Origin: Eremomyces bilateralis CBS 781.70
Lineage: Eukaryota
Strand: one strand, 5' to 3'
Length of the DNA: 64,000 nt
NCBI GenBank assembly: GCA_010015585.1
Contig: ML975188.1
The notes below the pieces were generated by a model. It was given only the letters and a program-made list of their open reading frames with translations, made no database searches and was not told where the DNA came from. This document shows positions 37,172 to 51,008 of the stretch, one piece after another. Position 1 is the stretch's first letter; each line of letters starts with the position of its first letter. Both the position numbers and the translations under genes were made by a program.

Positions 37172-40053
37172 TGGACGGCGAACGGAAAATCATTGGGAAA
37201 ACATTGGGTTTCGACGGGTTCCGCGTTGCATCTCACTTTTGCTTTTCAAACGAACGACGATCTACCACGGTCATCCTCTCGAGTTTACGGCGGCGGGCGG
37301 TTTTAACGGTGGCGTACAGTGAAGGTCTTTCTCGCATTGGTCCTTAACCACTTTTTCATATCCGCACGACATTTCCGTACTTACCATATTATCCTATTCC
37401 CCGGTTTCGACATATTTTTGGGGGGGGCAGGCGTTTTTCGGGCGCGAATTTTGTATTTTTTTGCCCACGTTTCTTTTTATCTGGACGACTATCTATCTCC
37501 GTCACAATCATACCGCTGATGCTGGGTATATCGAAATGCTAGTTTTCACGTTTCTCGTCCGAATTGCAAACGCCGGCGGAATATATCGCTTCTTATCCAC
37601 CGTGCGCGTAAATTCTTTGAAGCACAAAGTCCTCATTGTCCCCCAGCGTTTCGCTGCAACAGCCACGCTAGGGTTCTTTGTCGTTTTCCCCTTCTCCTTT
37701 TTCCCAGCGGCGTCCCTCCCAAGCGATTTGCCAAGTACGATCCCCCCTCTACCCCAGCCATCGCCCCCTCGACCACTTTTCCCCACCATTTAATCATTTC
37801 TGCGGGCCACGGCGCCGTCGAGGCGGACGTGTCCCTTCATGTTTTTCGAAAATCGGAGCGATGAATACCGATATGGATGGGTTCGAACGAACGGGCAGGC
37901 GCCCACGGTTGAGGAACGGGTGCTTACGACACGAAATCTACTACGGGGTGGAGGCACTGCGTTGGTTCTTCTTGCCGACGGGGTTGATTTGACTCCCGTC
38001 TTTCATCTCCTTGCTTCAAGAAAAAAGGGGGCGCATGGGACTCCGATTGTTTCCCTCGGATACGTTCCTCATTACCTACCTGTTCGCACTATTCGTCTGT
38101 TTACGGCCTGGATGGATCGGAACCCAGAGCGACCTCTTATTTCTCCTTTCCCTATTGGCGACGGGGTCGGTGCATCGAATCGTGTGCTTCCCATATCCAT
38201 TTCCAGACTCGGGAACCGAGCCTTTCTTGTTTCTCGAGTATTTTTGTATCCCCCCTTCACTGGAATCCTCCCGTCCCCCTTTCCCCCGTTTCCGATCGTG
38301 TGTGCTATTTTTCCACCATCTCTGACGGAGTTAGATCTAAAGCTACGTTTCTCATGGGTCATATATTTAGCTCGTTCCTTAGGCTACTCGATGCCGGGTT
38401 CCAATGCTATGGATTGCGCGTATTCAGATGCTGGGGTTCGTTATGCTTGGTGATATCGTGAGATACGATGCTCGGACTCCTGTCTGGTGGCGGCGGATAC
38501 ATACATCTATTCAATTGAGGCAGACAGTCCCACGGCGGTTCCTAAAATCCAACCCTCGTCCACCGCTTGGTGTTCCAAGACGATCTCCCCCAGCGATCAA
38601 GGACCATCCCATGGCAGTACTATCTAAAGCTACCGAAATTAAACTCCTCCCAACCTGAACAAATGATAGTTCATACAAAAACGATACTCAGAATCGTCAC
38701 CCGGTCCGTGTGCGATGCGTCGCTTCTGGGCGGTGCATCCAGCATAATGCGCGGCCCGTCGATGGGTGAACCTCAGCTGTAGCCACCGTTGAGTACGTGA
38801 CTGCATCGAGCTTAGCTTCTGCACCCTTGTTTGAGGATGGGAAGGCGGCTGGAGTGTCCATTTGCAATAAACATAATCGGTGTCTGTGGAGGTGTTGAGA
38901 TATTGTTTTCATAGTTAGTGTTGTTGGTTCCTGTAAGACTGTTGTTCAAGTCTATACTCGCGTATACTCCTAATATCATACCGCACTGCTGGTAGTACCT
39001 GGTCAGGGAGTGCTGACTTTGGTGCTTATGTGATGAATAAGTCATCTCAGCCCTGTAGTCATCATATCTACTGCTAGTGGGTCCTGAAAGACGCGCAGAG
39101 AGTGCATCAGTGGTCCTCGGCGATAGATGCTCTTGATCATGGAGATGACATGTCTCATTTGTATGGGTTTGGCTCACTCATGCGCTGCTCCGGTCTTCAG
39201 GATAGGTCACAGTACAAGAACGGCGAAGCACAAGCGATACGTAGTACCCAGATTACATTGACGGCATGAGTGTAAACGTCCCGTCTCCAGTGCTACCTCA
39301 ACGCCTCCATCAAGTTCAATGCCTACGAGAAACGTCAGAACTGAGACATCATGATATGTACCAAGATGGGAGAAAGCGAGGATTTCAACTGCGCCGCCGC
39401 CCGCCACCACCCACGCCGCCTTTTTCCGCTGGCGCAACTTGCATCTCATCGCCAGCTGGTGCCGAAACTGGCGGACCCGCGGAGGGTACTGCGCCTCATT
39501 CCATGTACGCCCAGGTGCCCAGGTATTCAGAGTTTGTGACGGCTCCGCGACAATATTAAGCTTACCTTAGGGACGGGAGCTATTCTTGGGTGCCGCCATA
39601 TCGTTCATTGTAGGCGTAGCGTCTCTCACCCCGCCCGCCACCTGGTAGTTGGTAGGGTGCACATGCGAATCGACACACGAGCTCGGTGAGGAGCGCGATG
39701 CTACACTTTGGGCATCCCTGGGTTCGGTGAGATTGACGGCATGACACGCTGGAACACTCATCTTCGCAGGACCGAGGGTTAAAGGTTGACCCGTTCGATT
39801 GGAGGCGCGCTGAAAATCGTGGCGTTTGGGCGGCGTTCAGGGGAATGGATCTGACCGAATTTTGGTGAGAGTGCACGATAGGGGTGGTGGATGGAGGAGA
39901 GCATCGCCTCAGCAGGATGTGTATAAGTAAGGTCGGTGGAGCGTCATGTTTTGGTAGATCAACTCCAAGAATAAGTGCTTTATAGAAAGTCCTATTGTAT
40001 ACCGCTCGTAATTGAACTCTATTCCCGTCTATTCAGACAATCCTATCATAACA

Positions 40054-40868
40054 ATGGCTCCCGCTACTTGGGCTGATCGTCCTGTACCTCTCCTTCCCAC
40101 GCCGCAGTACTTGACCAAAAAAGTACACAACCATGAAATGAGCCGCAACCATGTTGAACATGCTAACTCCATCATTAGTCCGATGACTACACCGTCCAAG
40201 CCTCCGTCATGGCCACGATCCACAACGCCTTCATCCGTTGCTTCAACACCATCTACCTCCAAGCTCTCCACGTCCAGCCTACCGATTACCCAACGTTCGT
40301 TGGCTACGCCGAGGCGTGGGTCATCGGCCTGGCGTCCCACCACAACGGCGAAGAAGAACACTTCTTCCCCGAGCTCCGCAAGCGGACCGGCGACGACCAG
40401 CTCATGACGGAGAACGAAGAACAACACCACCGCTTCCACGGCGGCATGGAGCGCTACCGCGCGTATCTGGCCGAAGTGAAGCGGTCGCGCGGCTGCCGGG
40501 ACTTCGACGGCCGGAAGCTCATCGGCATCATGGATTCGTTCAAGGACGCGCTGATGGAGCATCTGGCCGACGAGATCCCGACGATCCAGGCGCTGGAGAA
40601 GTACGCGGGCAAGCTCGACTTGAACCAACTGATGGAGGAGACGGCCGAGCATTCCATGGGGTCCATGCCGAAGCTGAGCGTGATCCCCGCCGTGTTCTTG
40701 AACCACGATGTCACGTATGAGGGAGGACTCATGGCGGACTTCGGCAAGTTCCCCGCCGTCATGGAGTTCACCCTCCGCCGAATTTTCCCCTTATGGAACT
40801 ATGAATGGTGGAAATTCGCTTCGTGCGACAAGACTGGTCACCCCAAGGGACTCCACTGTGTGGGATAG
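40054..40868 (+). CDS. Hemerythrin-like HHE cation-binding domain protein; intron 40123-40178
   Basis: MATIHNAFIR, HHNGEEEHFFP, QHHRFH and EHLADEIP metal-ligand pattern; the fungal-type WAD N-terminal exon joins in frame. Confidence 0.85.
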
Positions 40869-40901
40869 GGTTGGCACAGCGTCGAACTTATTGGGATTCG
40901 T

Positions 40902-43530
40902 CTATTCGGCGTTGATTGGCGCCTCTGACATCTCTTCGACATCATCATAATTCCCCGGATCATAAGGCGCGGCTTCTTCGTCTTTGTTTTCCTCAACTTT
41001 CTCAGCGTATGGAGGGGGAGACAACTCATCCCCACCTTCGACCCACACCTTGTTCAATTCCTGCTCGATTTCTTGTCTCCGACGTTTCATTTCCTCAACG
41101 CGGCTGATGCGTTCCTTGAGTTCCAGGAGTTCCTTCTCCACGGTTGATTTCTCGGCTAACGTGCCGATGCGATGGAAGTCCCATTCGTCGCCGTTGTCTC
41201 CAATACCTAGGGTCAGGGTAAAAGTATGGTAACGCTTGAGCGAGGCGCGTGTGGAAATGGTAATCAAAGCTGCGTGGCATCGGATGTTAGTTTGTATATA
41301 AAATCACTTGGGCAAATACAGGATAGAATGTATAGCGGATGACATGTTTATCAACCAGGGAGACAATGGAGAGTGGCCACTTACTGATTCCACGGGCTTT
41401 AGCCCGCTCGTACAACAAGCCCTCCACATCGCTGCTCACTGCGCTGGTGCCTTCATCGATGACAGCATACCGAGGCTCATGGTAGAATAACCGCGCGATC
41501 CCCATTCTCTGCTTCTCCCCGCCACTCAGTACGTCCTTCCAATCCTTGCGAGTGTCCCATCCGCCTTCACGGTCCGGAAGATATCCGAGTTTCGCATCTT
41601 CGAGAATTTGGTTCAGCTCGGAATCCCGGACGCCCGCATCTTTCATATCGACCTCCGTATGAGGATAGATCACCTGGTCGCGGAGCGTGCCGGTACTGAG
41701 ATACGCTCGCTGAGGAATGAACATGATGCCATCGGTCCCAACCGTTCGCGGCCGGCTGACCAGTCCACGATACACAGGCCAGAGGCCTGCAACAATTCGG
41801 GATACGGCGCTCTTTCCGACGCCATTCGGTCCGGTGATGAGTAGGTGTTCGCCTGAATGGACGATGAACGACAAGCTCTCGATAAGCTCGTCCCCGCCCA
41901 GTGGAAATAGGCCGGGTGCAACAACAGGTACATTCTCCAGTCTGACGCCATCGAACCCTTTGTGGGTTGTGCCTTGGGCGTCTGACAGCGAGAAGGGCTC
42001 TGGTCGGGTGCCCGACGGAGGGAAATAGGCCTCGGCATGTACTCGATGTAAGGTACTGATCAAGGTGTAGACTCGCGACGTGTACCCTGCCAGCTCCGAG
42101 AGGTCCTTAATGGAATACATCATCCGACCACCGGCATCGGCAAGGGATAACATGAGACGCTTGTTGGTGACGAAGTCCTTCATCCGACCGCGTTCACGAC
42201 CCTTCCGCTCCGTCGACTGGACCATCTCGGAGGCCCCGCCGAGTCCGCCCCATGATGGCAAAAAGACAGGGAGAGAGGTGACTACGAACCCAAAAGCGGA
42301 CCAGGAGTATTTGAGAACAAAGTCCTCAAGCATATTGTACTGGATCTTGAGGTTATAGATTCCCTCCATCCAGTTCTTCAACTCTTTGAACCCTTTGTCA
42401 AGGAACGCCTTTTCCATCTTTTCTCCTCCGTAGAACGCGACTTCTTCAGCATTGGCAATCAACCTGGAATGGAGGAAGCGGAAATCTCCCTCTTTGCGTC
42501 CTTCTACGGCCTTCAATTTCCCGAATGGCGGCGAGAGCTTCCGCAGAACCGTCGCGGTTATGAAGTAGTTGGCGATGATGCCCGACATGGCGAGCGGGCC
42601 GAGTGCGAGGTATAACTGGTAGTTGAAGACAACCAAGTCAACCAGCGGCTTGCCGAGTGACGAGTAAAGCGATGCGGCTGAAGCGCAGAACAAAGTTAGA
42701 TCCTGTGTGATGTATTGATCAGCACCATGACCGATGCCTCCGTCCAAATTGTGCAGCTTGTAGTAGTTGAGGTTCTCATGCAGATACAAGTCATGAATGT
42801 ATCTCGTCAACCGCGTCCGGAACGCAATTGACACTTTCGATTTCATGAACTTAATCATGGCGTTGGTATACGAGGCAAGACTGCCAATCCCGCACCACTT
42901 AATGATTCCCCACATGAAACCCCTTCCATTCCTGGCGACCAGGTCACGGACAATCTCGCCATCCAGCCGAGCAATAAGAAGGGACAGATATGTCCGTAGC
43001 ATCAGGAAGACACCATGACTGAGGAGCAGGCCAGCTTCCTTGCTCTTCCATCTGGGTATCATGATATTCAACAAACTCAAGAACTGGTGCAAGAACGCCA
43101 GGTTCAGCCCCGGCTTTGTCTGCGGCGGCGGGACCTGCGGAGTATAGCTGTCGCTCAGCTTCGCCGCTTTCGGAGGCTGAAGGAATAGTCGACGATGGGC
43201 ATCGAAGGTCGTCTCCTTGGTCGCGTGGATCGTCACCTTCGCCGTGGTATGCTTGTACGGAACATATATGGTTCGCGAGCCATCTTTTCCTTTCACGCCG
43301 GAATTGCGCCGAAATAACATCCTGCCCGTCTCGTCTTCGACGTGCCGGCTTCGCCAGATGTTATATGTTCCATATCCGGAGGATACAATGGAGACGAGGA
43401 GGGCGACGGTTGCGAGCAGGCGCGTTGTTCGGGAGGTGCCGTATACCCGGGCTTTCAGTCTATCTGTATATTTCTTGAATAAGACCATCAGTGGGTCGCC
43501 TGATGAGCGTAAACTGGATTGAGCCGCCAT
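40902..43530 (-). CDS. PXA1: Peroxisomal ABCD half-transporter for long-chain fatty acids; intron 41384-41270
   Basis: HSRLIANAEEVAFYGG (EAA-like motif), Walker A GPNGVGKS, signature LSGGEKQR, Walker B AVIDEGTSAVS, then TLITISTRASL. Confidence 0.9.
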
Positions 43531-44139
43531 GACGGCGCTCGGATGTGTAGATTGATATGCTCGAGAGCCTCGGAGTCGGTGTTGACGTAACTCGAATGAT
43601 GAATGGTGATGCTCCAAGGAGGCTCGAACTAAGGACAGTACAATATTAAAGACACATGATGGTGAATACGCTGGTCCTCATCGCTAAATTAGCTATTCAT
43701 ACAATATGGAGAGGTGGAGGAGATGGGTGGAGCAATAATGGGGGAGAAGTCCGTGGCAGCAGCATGAGATGGCATTGATGTTGTCACAAGCGGCCAAGTT
43801 TCCTGCCGTAATAAGTAATGTAACCTTAAGCATGTGACAGTAAACTCCGATGTTCACGTGCCACCCCTAGTTCCGGCTTCATCCAGCAGTAATGTATGCT
43901 TTGACATCATTGAATTATTGGATACCTAGGTATAGTTGGCAATAATTTGTAGAGATCATGTTTCGGGCGAATACTCGTGGTTGGTGCTGCACCGCTTTGG
44001 GAAAATTATGGTTGCGATTTGAAACGCGAAGCTGTCAGGTTCGATGGTTGGTCGACAACATTTACACCTGCATGCACATAATTCAGATGGAGGTTAAGGT
44101 GCTACATGTACTTTAACAATAGGACATTGTACATGTAGA

Positions 44140-45524
44140 TTAGCGGTAGTCACTAACATCTTTCATGCTCTCATCACTCGCCAGCGCAGCGTCCGCATCC
44201 GCAGCTGTATCCCCACTCGCCTCACCTCCCTCCTTCGCCTGTGTCTCTCCCTGCTCCCCCTGCCCTTCTTGCGCGGGTCTAGTCCGTCTACCCACCGCAG
44301 CCTCAATATCCAGCCCCTCCCTACCATCCTGCGGCCCCGTATCCTGCATCCCCACCTCCTCCGGGCCGCGCGCATGCGGCTGCTCTTCCGGGGACGCCGA
44401 GTCTCTCTCCCTATTCTCCTCCGCTTCCGCAACGATTGCGCCCCCCGCACGCACATACGCGGCGTTCGACGGGACCACGCCCGCCTCCTGCTCTTGTCTC
44501 AGCAGCTCTCCCTGCGTCACTCCACCCGCCGCACGCAGCTCGTGTTCCGTGCCTGTCCCTGTTCCCCCATTCGTCTGCCCTCCATTGCCGGTCGTCAACA
44601 CCCCATTCACCACTGAGACTGTCTCGATCCTCCCGGCCCCGTTCGGCCCGTCCACGATCTCCGTGCTCTCGGACTTCAGTTCGGTGTTCTGCGACCCCGA
44701 GTGCGATGACGAGCCGCTGGGGCTTTCGTCGGCATTCAGCCACGGAATCGGGGTCAGGAGCGCGCCGCCAAGGCTTTCGTCGCTCCCCAAGGCCGCGGCG
44801 GAACTCGTCGAATTCGTCGTGCCGTTTAGGAGTGTGCCGCTGGAGTTGGGGAGGCTGGCTTGTGGCAGCGGGAAGACCGTGGTGTTGCTCGACACGCAGA
44901 CCACGCGCTCGAGCGCTCGCAGGTAAGAAGGGAGGTATCGGTAGTGCGCACGCGGCTTGAGGAGCAGCTCCGCGAGTCGTTGGATGGTGTGAGGGGGGTA
45001 TTTCCAGAATGCCGTGGTTAGGGTTCGGCGGATGGAGAAGTAGAGGTTGTGGAGTTCGGAAGGGAGGATCGTGAGGTCGGTGGTAGCCTGGCTGGAGAGG
45101 TCGGGAGCGGCCATCGATGCGCGAGGTCGGGGGGGAGGGGCATTCTCTTTGTCGGCGGCTTGGGAATTCTGGAACGAATCCTGCGGTGACGATGATTCGT
45201 CGTTGGCGTCTGTGGTAGCTGCTGGTCGGATTTCGACTGGTATGTGAGCAGGCGTTGGGAATTCGTTGTAGACGATCTTCTTTGGTGTTAGTGGCGATAC
45301 CACCGCTATCGTAGTGTAGGATAGGCATACATGCTCAAGTCGTGAGAGGACTTCTTGAAGAATGACGGTCCATTTCTCCCTGTAGTGCCGAGTCAGATAT
45401 TACACCCTCGTCATCAGGAAGGTTGGGACTAGTACGGGTCTATTGAGCCGTCGGAGGCAGCTCGCTCCAGCTGGTATTGAACTGTCCACGGTTCAGCCAC
45501 GGTATCTATGGCTGGGGGTCGCAT
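44140..45524 (-). CDS. PSY4: Protein phosphatase 4 regulatory subunit R2 (Psy4/PPP4R2); exons about 45524-45436, 45379-45331, 45276-44140
   Basis: PPHTIQRLAELLLKP...YLRALERVVCVSS and SDESLGGALLTPIPWL; upstream exons LERAASDGSIDP|EKW...SRLEH|IVYNEF splice in frame. Confidence 0.82.
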
Positions 45525-46425
45525 GCTTGAACGAACCTGCGGTCATTTGGGATTCTAGATATGAAGAACACTCGTCAATCCCGCTGGAAAGGATGTCGAT
45601 GATCGGTTTAGAAGTGGATGGGCGGGTGGGATGAAAGTTGAGGTGGCTCCGGATTTGGCGCTGCCTAGTGGGTCGGTACAATTCAGCCCTACGATTCCTT
45701 ATAATTAGTTATTTAAAAGGGTAACTATTAAGGTAGTCACAAATTGTTATTTCCCGTCCATGGAATTTCTTGCTTGGAGATTCAAAACGTCCTGGCTTTG
45801 TGAAATATATTACTACCACTACTGAGACGATATGTGTACTACTACGTTATTATAGGTACCGACGGTACTGAATGGAGGACCTGCGATGGCTTCACACTTA
45901 TCTCAGTTGGCACGGTAGGATGGGGTTTCAACACTCCACACAGCATTGATGCGGAATACAGACACAGCCTACGAGTATATCACAGTCCTGTTGGCTTCTC
46001 TTGACGTCAAACTCTTTACAGCTGGTCATGACTACCGCTACCCAGGTGTGAGAATCAATTCCGATGAGACGCGACTCGACTTGACGAACGCGACCAACGC
46101 TCAAGAGAAGGGACAACACGCCAGGCACCGATTGACATGGACAGCTTAATCGAGGTCGCAGGGGGCGGGAACGGTCCTGTTTCCACAGCTCGTCGTCGGA
46201 TTGCTTTTCATTACTCCGCGACATCCACAGTGACGTTTCTCGAGCTCTGCTTATAGCCCGTGGACCCATGGTACATGTGAGAAATCAAGGAACAAGACGC
46301 CAAAGGCGGTTCTTCAGCTCGCTCGCAGCACGCAGACAGGAAGAGTCAGAGTTCGATTGACTACGAGAAGTGTGGCTATGTAGTGACTTTTTCGCAGTTC
46401 GCCCCTGCAAGAAGGAAACACTCGA

Positions 46426-47691
46426 CTAACTTGCATTAAGAACAGCAGTGTACGCCTGCTTCTTATTGCCGCTGGCGTCAAACAGCAGCGGAGTGGAGCT
46501 GGCTCTCCAACTATCCGCATCTGTCACTCCCCAGATCGTCACGCCTACACAGTTGCTGATATCTAGACATGCTTTGGTGACCGTGGCGAAATCACTCGGG
46601 GCGGCGCCTGCAATGTCGACTTCCGTAAGGGCACATTCCGGAGCAGCGGCGCAGAGAGCTTTTAAGGCCGCGGGTATCGTCTTGGCCGTATTCCACTCCG
46701 CGGATACGTGGCCTTGCGAGCCGATCCCGTCTATCGGAATGCCTTGAGAGCGCCACTTCGTCACCTTCTCAATCAAACCTTTGGTCTTTGCGTAATTGGG
46801 GTCGTCGAGGCTGAGAATCTGTTAGCAATCCGCAAATCTAGGCCGAATCGTAAGTGGAATCTCGTCTTACTTGTAGTCATTGATGTATAGCTTCGCTGCA
46901 GGATCGGCCTTCTTGGCCGCTTCAAAGGCGATGCGAATATAATCCTCTCCCAAAACCTTATAAAACACCGAATCACGCATGCTGCCGTCCTCGTTGAAAG
47001 CTTCATTCACCACGTCCTTCTCTACTGTTAGTCCCAACAAATCCGTTTAAGTGCCCAATCCATACATACCCAAACGAAGATTTTGCCTTTGAAATGTCCA
47101 ATCACCTGAGTAATATGCTTCTCCATGACCTGCGTAAGTGTGGCCTTGTCGTTGATTTGTTCTACCCAAGCTGGATGCTGAGAGTGCCAAACGGTCGTGT
47201 GACCGCGCACCTTCTGTCCGTTTGATGTGGCGAAGTTCATCAACTGGTCAGCATTGCCGAACGTGAAGTGGTCGCGTTGCGGTTCCGTAGCATCCCATTT
47301 CATGCTGGGTTCATGATCAGTACCGACAGCTTCCGTCAACGATGGCCCTATGCCTTGGATCTTATGGTCTCTTACCTGTTCTCCGGGGTGAGTTGTGTGA
47401 ACTCCTTCGCGATGATACCAGCCTTTTTCGCATTCGATATCGTCCCAGGGTCTGCCGCAACCCCGAAGTACTTGTTCTTCGCCGCCCATCTTGCCGCGAT
47501 CGTCCCAGGAGCGGCTTGTGCGGCCCGGACGATCGGGTTCGGTACAGTTACTGTAGGCACTCAGCTTTCTGCTTGTCTAGACCTCGACCGCAAATGAAGG
47601 GTTCACCATTGCATGCTGGAGCTGCTTGGGCTGGCCAACTTGCAAGAATGCCAGTTGCCACCAGCAGGTTCGCCAGGTCGATCCAGTTCAT
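46426..47691 (-). CDS. Secreted GH10 endo-1,4-beta-xylanase; exons about 47691-47607, 47550-47376, 47305-47069, 47016-46871, 46811-46426
   Basis: Signal peptide; [29 protein letters not shown] (acid/base Glu), [23 protein letters not shown] (nucleophile Glu), [10 protein letters not shown]. Confidence 0.93.
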
Positions 47692-47785
47692 CGTGTCCAA
47701 GAATTTTATCGGCTAAGGATATTAAAAAGAGCTGGGATAGGCAAAGAGGAGACCGTTGAAGCGAGGAGTTGCGGCGACTTTACTC

Positions 47786-47853
47786 TTTATATTACACGCC
47801 ATCGAAGGTGGCCAGGAAGGCATTCTCGACATTAGCCCTAAAATAGCCCTAAA
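47786..47853 (-). promoter_or_regulatory. Xylanase promoter: TATAAA plus tandem XlnR-like sites
   Basis: TATAAA on the - strand at 47791-47786. Direct repeat TAGCCCTAAA x2 (47833-47853) reads GGCTAT/GGCTAA on the - strand; the XlnR consensus is GGCTAA/GGCTAG. Confidence 0.5.
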
Positions 47854-48239
47854 TTTGGTACTCGGACAAGCTTCAACATAAACGAAACCGGAAGTAATTG
47901 GTTGGCAGAAGAATGATAGAGTTGTTTCCTGGGAAAGACGAGATGCGATGTTGCTGATATATTGAACTAGGCATGTGACGTGTCAAGACAGGGATGCAAT
48001 TATTTCTCTGGCCGGATAAGTCAAATTCGGTTCCCAGCAGAGATGCGGAGCTAGGTGGAGCTTGTTTATCCTACGCCGAAATATCGGGAATCCTGAATGC
48101 TTAACTAGTGAAGCATACAAATGGCATCCATGGACGAGGCAAGGGTTGGTGAACAGACCATACGTTTCATCCAGTTCGGTAGGTGTACGGATACGACACA
48201 CGCTACCGATCGATCGCTGAATTGCCGGGTTCAAATAGT

Positions 48240-50947
48240 CTAACCAGTAATAGAAGCGAGTCTGATGCTGACTGCTCGTCGATGCGCCTCGAGTTCTTCG
48301 ACGCGAGCAAGTTCCATGACCGCTGGACCCACTGCGCGAAGGCCATCCAGCGTGAGGTTCGCGCTTGTGATGTGCTTCACATAAGAACCAAGATTGACTC
48401 CCGAATATTGCTTGGCATAGCCATAAGTCGCTTAAATGATTGTAAGCTGGAAAATCCCAAGTAAATAGACTGGGAGACAACTTACGCAATGAATGGTTGA
48501 CACCGGCGGAATAGTCTCCCACACTCTCCGGAGTCCAAGGGCCAATGAACACGCTTCCAGCATTTTGAACATGCTGAACCACTGCTTCAGCATCTTTTAC
48601 TTGCAAGATGAGATGCTCGGGTGCATATGCATTGCTGTAACGTATGGCTTCCTGGATGTCGTTGACAATGAGCGTAACGGAGTGGTCGATCGCTTTCCTC
48701 ACAATATCAACCCGCGGCAGCGCATTGGCTTGATTGTGAAGTTCATCATCAATCGCGAGTAGTTGCGCGTCGGTGAGGTCGACTGCAATCAACACCACTT
48801 GCGAGTCCGCGCCGTGTTCTGCTTGGCTGAGAAGGTCGGAGGCAACAAATGCCGGATTCGCAGTCGCATCAGCGATAACGAGGACTTCACTAGGGCCCGC
48901 AGGCATATCAATACTGACTCCAGCGGAGGTATCGTTAGAAACAATCATCTTCGCGGCAGTGACGAACTGGTTGCCGGGACCGAGAATCTTGTCCACTTTG
49001 CTCACACTCTCAGTACCGTACGCCATGGCGGCCACGGCCTGTGCGCCACCGGCGAGCACAATCGATTCTGCACCGACTTTGTGGGCGACGTAGACGATCT
49101 CCGGTGTGATGGATCCGTCTGCTCGTGGCGGAGATGCAAGGACGATCTTTTGGCATCCTGCAACCATTGCCGGGACGCCGAGCATAAGGGCGGTGGACGG
49201 TAGGACCGCAGTTCCTCCAGGAACATACAAACCCACTCGTTCAATCGGGCGAGAGAAGCGACTGCATATTACTCCCGGCATGGTCTCGACGACGAGTGGC
49301 TTCTCCTCTTGCTGCGCTGCGTGGAACCGACGAATGTTTTCGAATGAAATGTCAATAGCGTCAATCGTTTGCTGTGGCAGCTGCATTAATGCTGGCGGAA
49401 ATGGAGCATTGAGCACGGGAGATGTGAGCGACGTCGCCTTCTCGAACTTGTGGGTGTACTCCAGGACCGCTTTGTCGCCTCCCTCTCTGATGGCTTTGAT
49501 AATCGGATTAACGATTCCAAAAATGGCTTCGGAACTCCGTTGTGATGGCCGCTTAAGCGCTTCAAGGATTGTTTCTTCCTTCTCTTGCGATGTCTGATAT
49601 CGTCTCATTTGAATTTTGCCCGTAGATGAGACAACTGGTGTCTGTACCTCCGGCACTGCTTTGGACTGCTTTGCCTCCTCTTTCTTCATTTGCTGCTCCG
49701 CCCATGGTCCTTTAGCGTCCCCCTTCCTCCTCTTAACTTTAACGCTCTTCGCGTCCAAGTTCCGTTCCACCATCTCCAGTGACACATCAGATGCAATGCA
49801 CTTTGTCATTGCAAAATACAACAGATCTGCAGCCTCAAAAGAGACTTCTTCCTTGGTCTTTGCTTCGCACAGCTCATTGGCCTCTTCCATGATCTTTGCG
49901 TGCAGCAGTTTCGTGTCATTGAACAGCCTTGCTGTATATGAGCCTTCGGGCGCGTTCTGTCGGCGATCCAACAATGTCTTCTGGAGCTTGGAGAGACCAT
50001 AGTATCGACCGAAACAGGTAGCGGTACCCAAGTGGCAGAAGCCTGCAAAGTTCAGTGACGAGTCCACAATCACGGAGGGCAGTCCTACCATTCCCTTTCT
50101 GACGGACTACGAAACAGATGCAATCCTTATCGCAATCAAACTTGACGTGAACCAATTCCTGAACATCTCCGCTACTCTCGCCCTTGTACCAAAGGCCTCG
50201 CTTCCGGCTCTGATACACTCCTCTTCCGGTCCTAATGCTCTCCGCGACACTCTCTTCACTGCTGTAGACAAGTCCAAGAGCGATTCCCCTTTCATCTGTA
50301 ACCATGGTGGTAAACAGACCATCTGGTCTGTCGCTCGTAGCACCTGACAGGAGCAGTTTCACCGCGTCAACCAATCCCGGATTGGTTTGAGGTTCCAGCG
50401 TTAGATCCGTGGATTTTGCAATTGCGATGCCGCCCAGAATTGACAACCGTGAAAGACGGTCGAAATCGGGATGTTCCAAGGAGAAGTAAACCGGCGGCCG
50501 GTCCGAGCTATACTCTTTCAACCACGCCTCTAATAGTTGCACATCCTGGACGTGCCAGAAACAAACCCCGACGGAGGTACCCGCTATTGAGTCAATTATC
50601 TCATCCTTCGTGTGTGCTTGATGCACGATAACAACGGTCACACGGTCAAGGTCAATGTTTGGCGTCCGCTCTAGCTGGACCAACTGCTTCTGGCTGACGA
50701 AAACCCCCGCAGCGCCGGCATCGAGCAACGACACAATATCTTCCACCGATTCGAGAGCAGTGACATCGAAATAATTTTCGAGCCGGCCAAATGACCTCTG
50801 GAGATGAGAGAAGGCGGCATCTAGAGTCGACTCGGACAGTGGGATAAAGACGGACCCAAAGTACGACAGTGCAGCCGATGGGATCCCTTGGGGAGACAGG
50901 ACACCTTCGGAGGACAAATCGACGTGCAAAATCAGTGAAGAAGCCAT
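48240..50947 (-). CDS. HIS4: Trifunctional histidine biosynthesis protein (PR-AMP cyclohydrolase / PR-ATP pyrophosphohydrolase / histidinol dehydrogenase); introns 50088-50043 and 48485-48431
   Basis: YQSRKRGLWYKGESSG...DCDKDC...GFCH, EGSYTARLF...KIMEEANEL...EAADLLY, GLYVPGGTA, DKILGPGNQFV, DLLSQAEHG, YAPEHL, GDYSAGVNHSLPTYG. Confidence 0.96.
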
Positions 50948-51008
50948 GGTCAATGAGGAATTGTCACGGTGGTGTCAATTGGGCTTATCTTGAGAGAATG
51001 ATATTGCA

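Noticed and set aside
37839..38453. 204-aa ORF downstream of SOM1
   Set aside because: Pyrimidine-rich sequence typical of a long 3' UTR; the F/P/L bias follows base composition.
39285..39320. CYLNASI resembling a ubiquitin-protease Cys box
   Set aside because: It lacks the preceding GxxNxGNT and lies between nearby stops.
45715..45748. GTAACTA-TTAAGGTAG resembling the LSU rRNA homing-endonuclease region
   Set aside because: The match is short, needs an internal deletion and has no flanking rRNA similarity; it sits in AT-rich intergenic DNA.
47983..48485. C-terminal tail of ORF 47983..50091
   Set aside because: Artefact of reading through the second HIS4 intron; the spliced gene ends at 48240.
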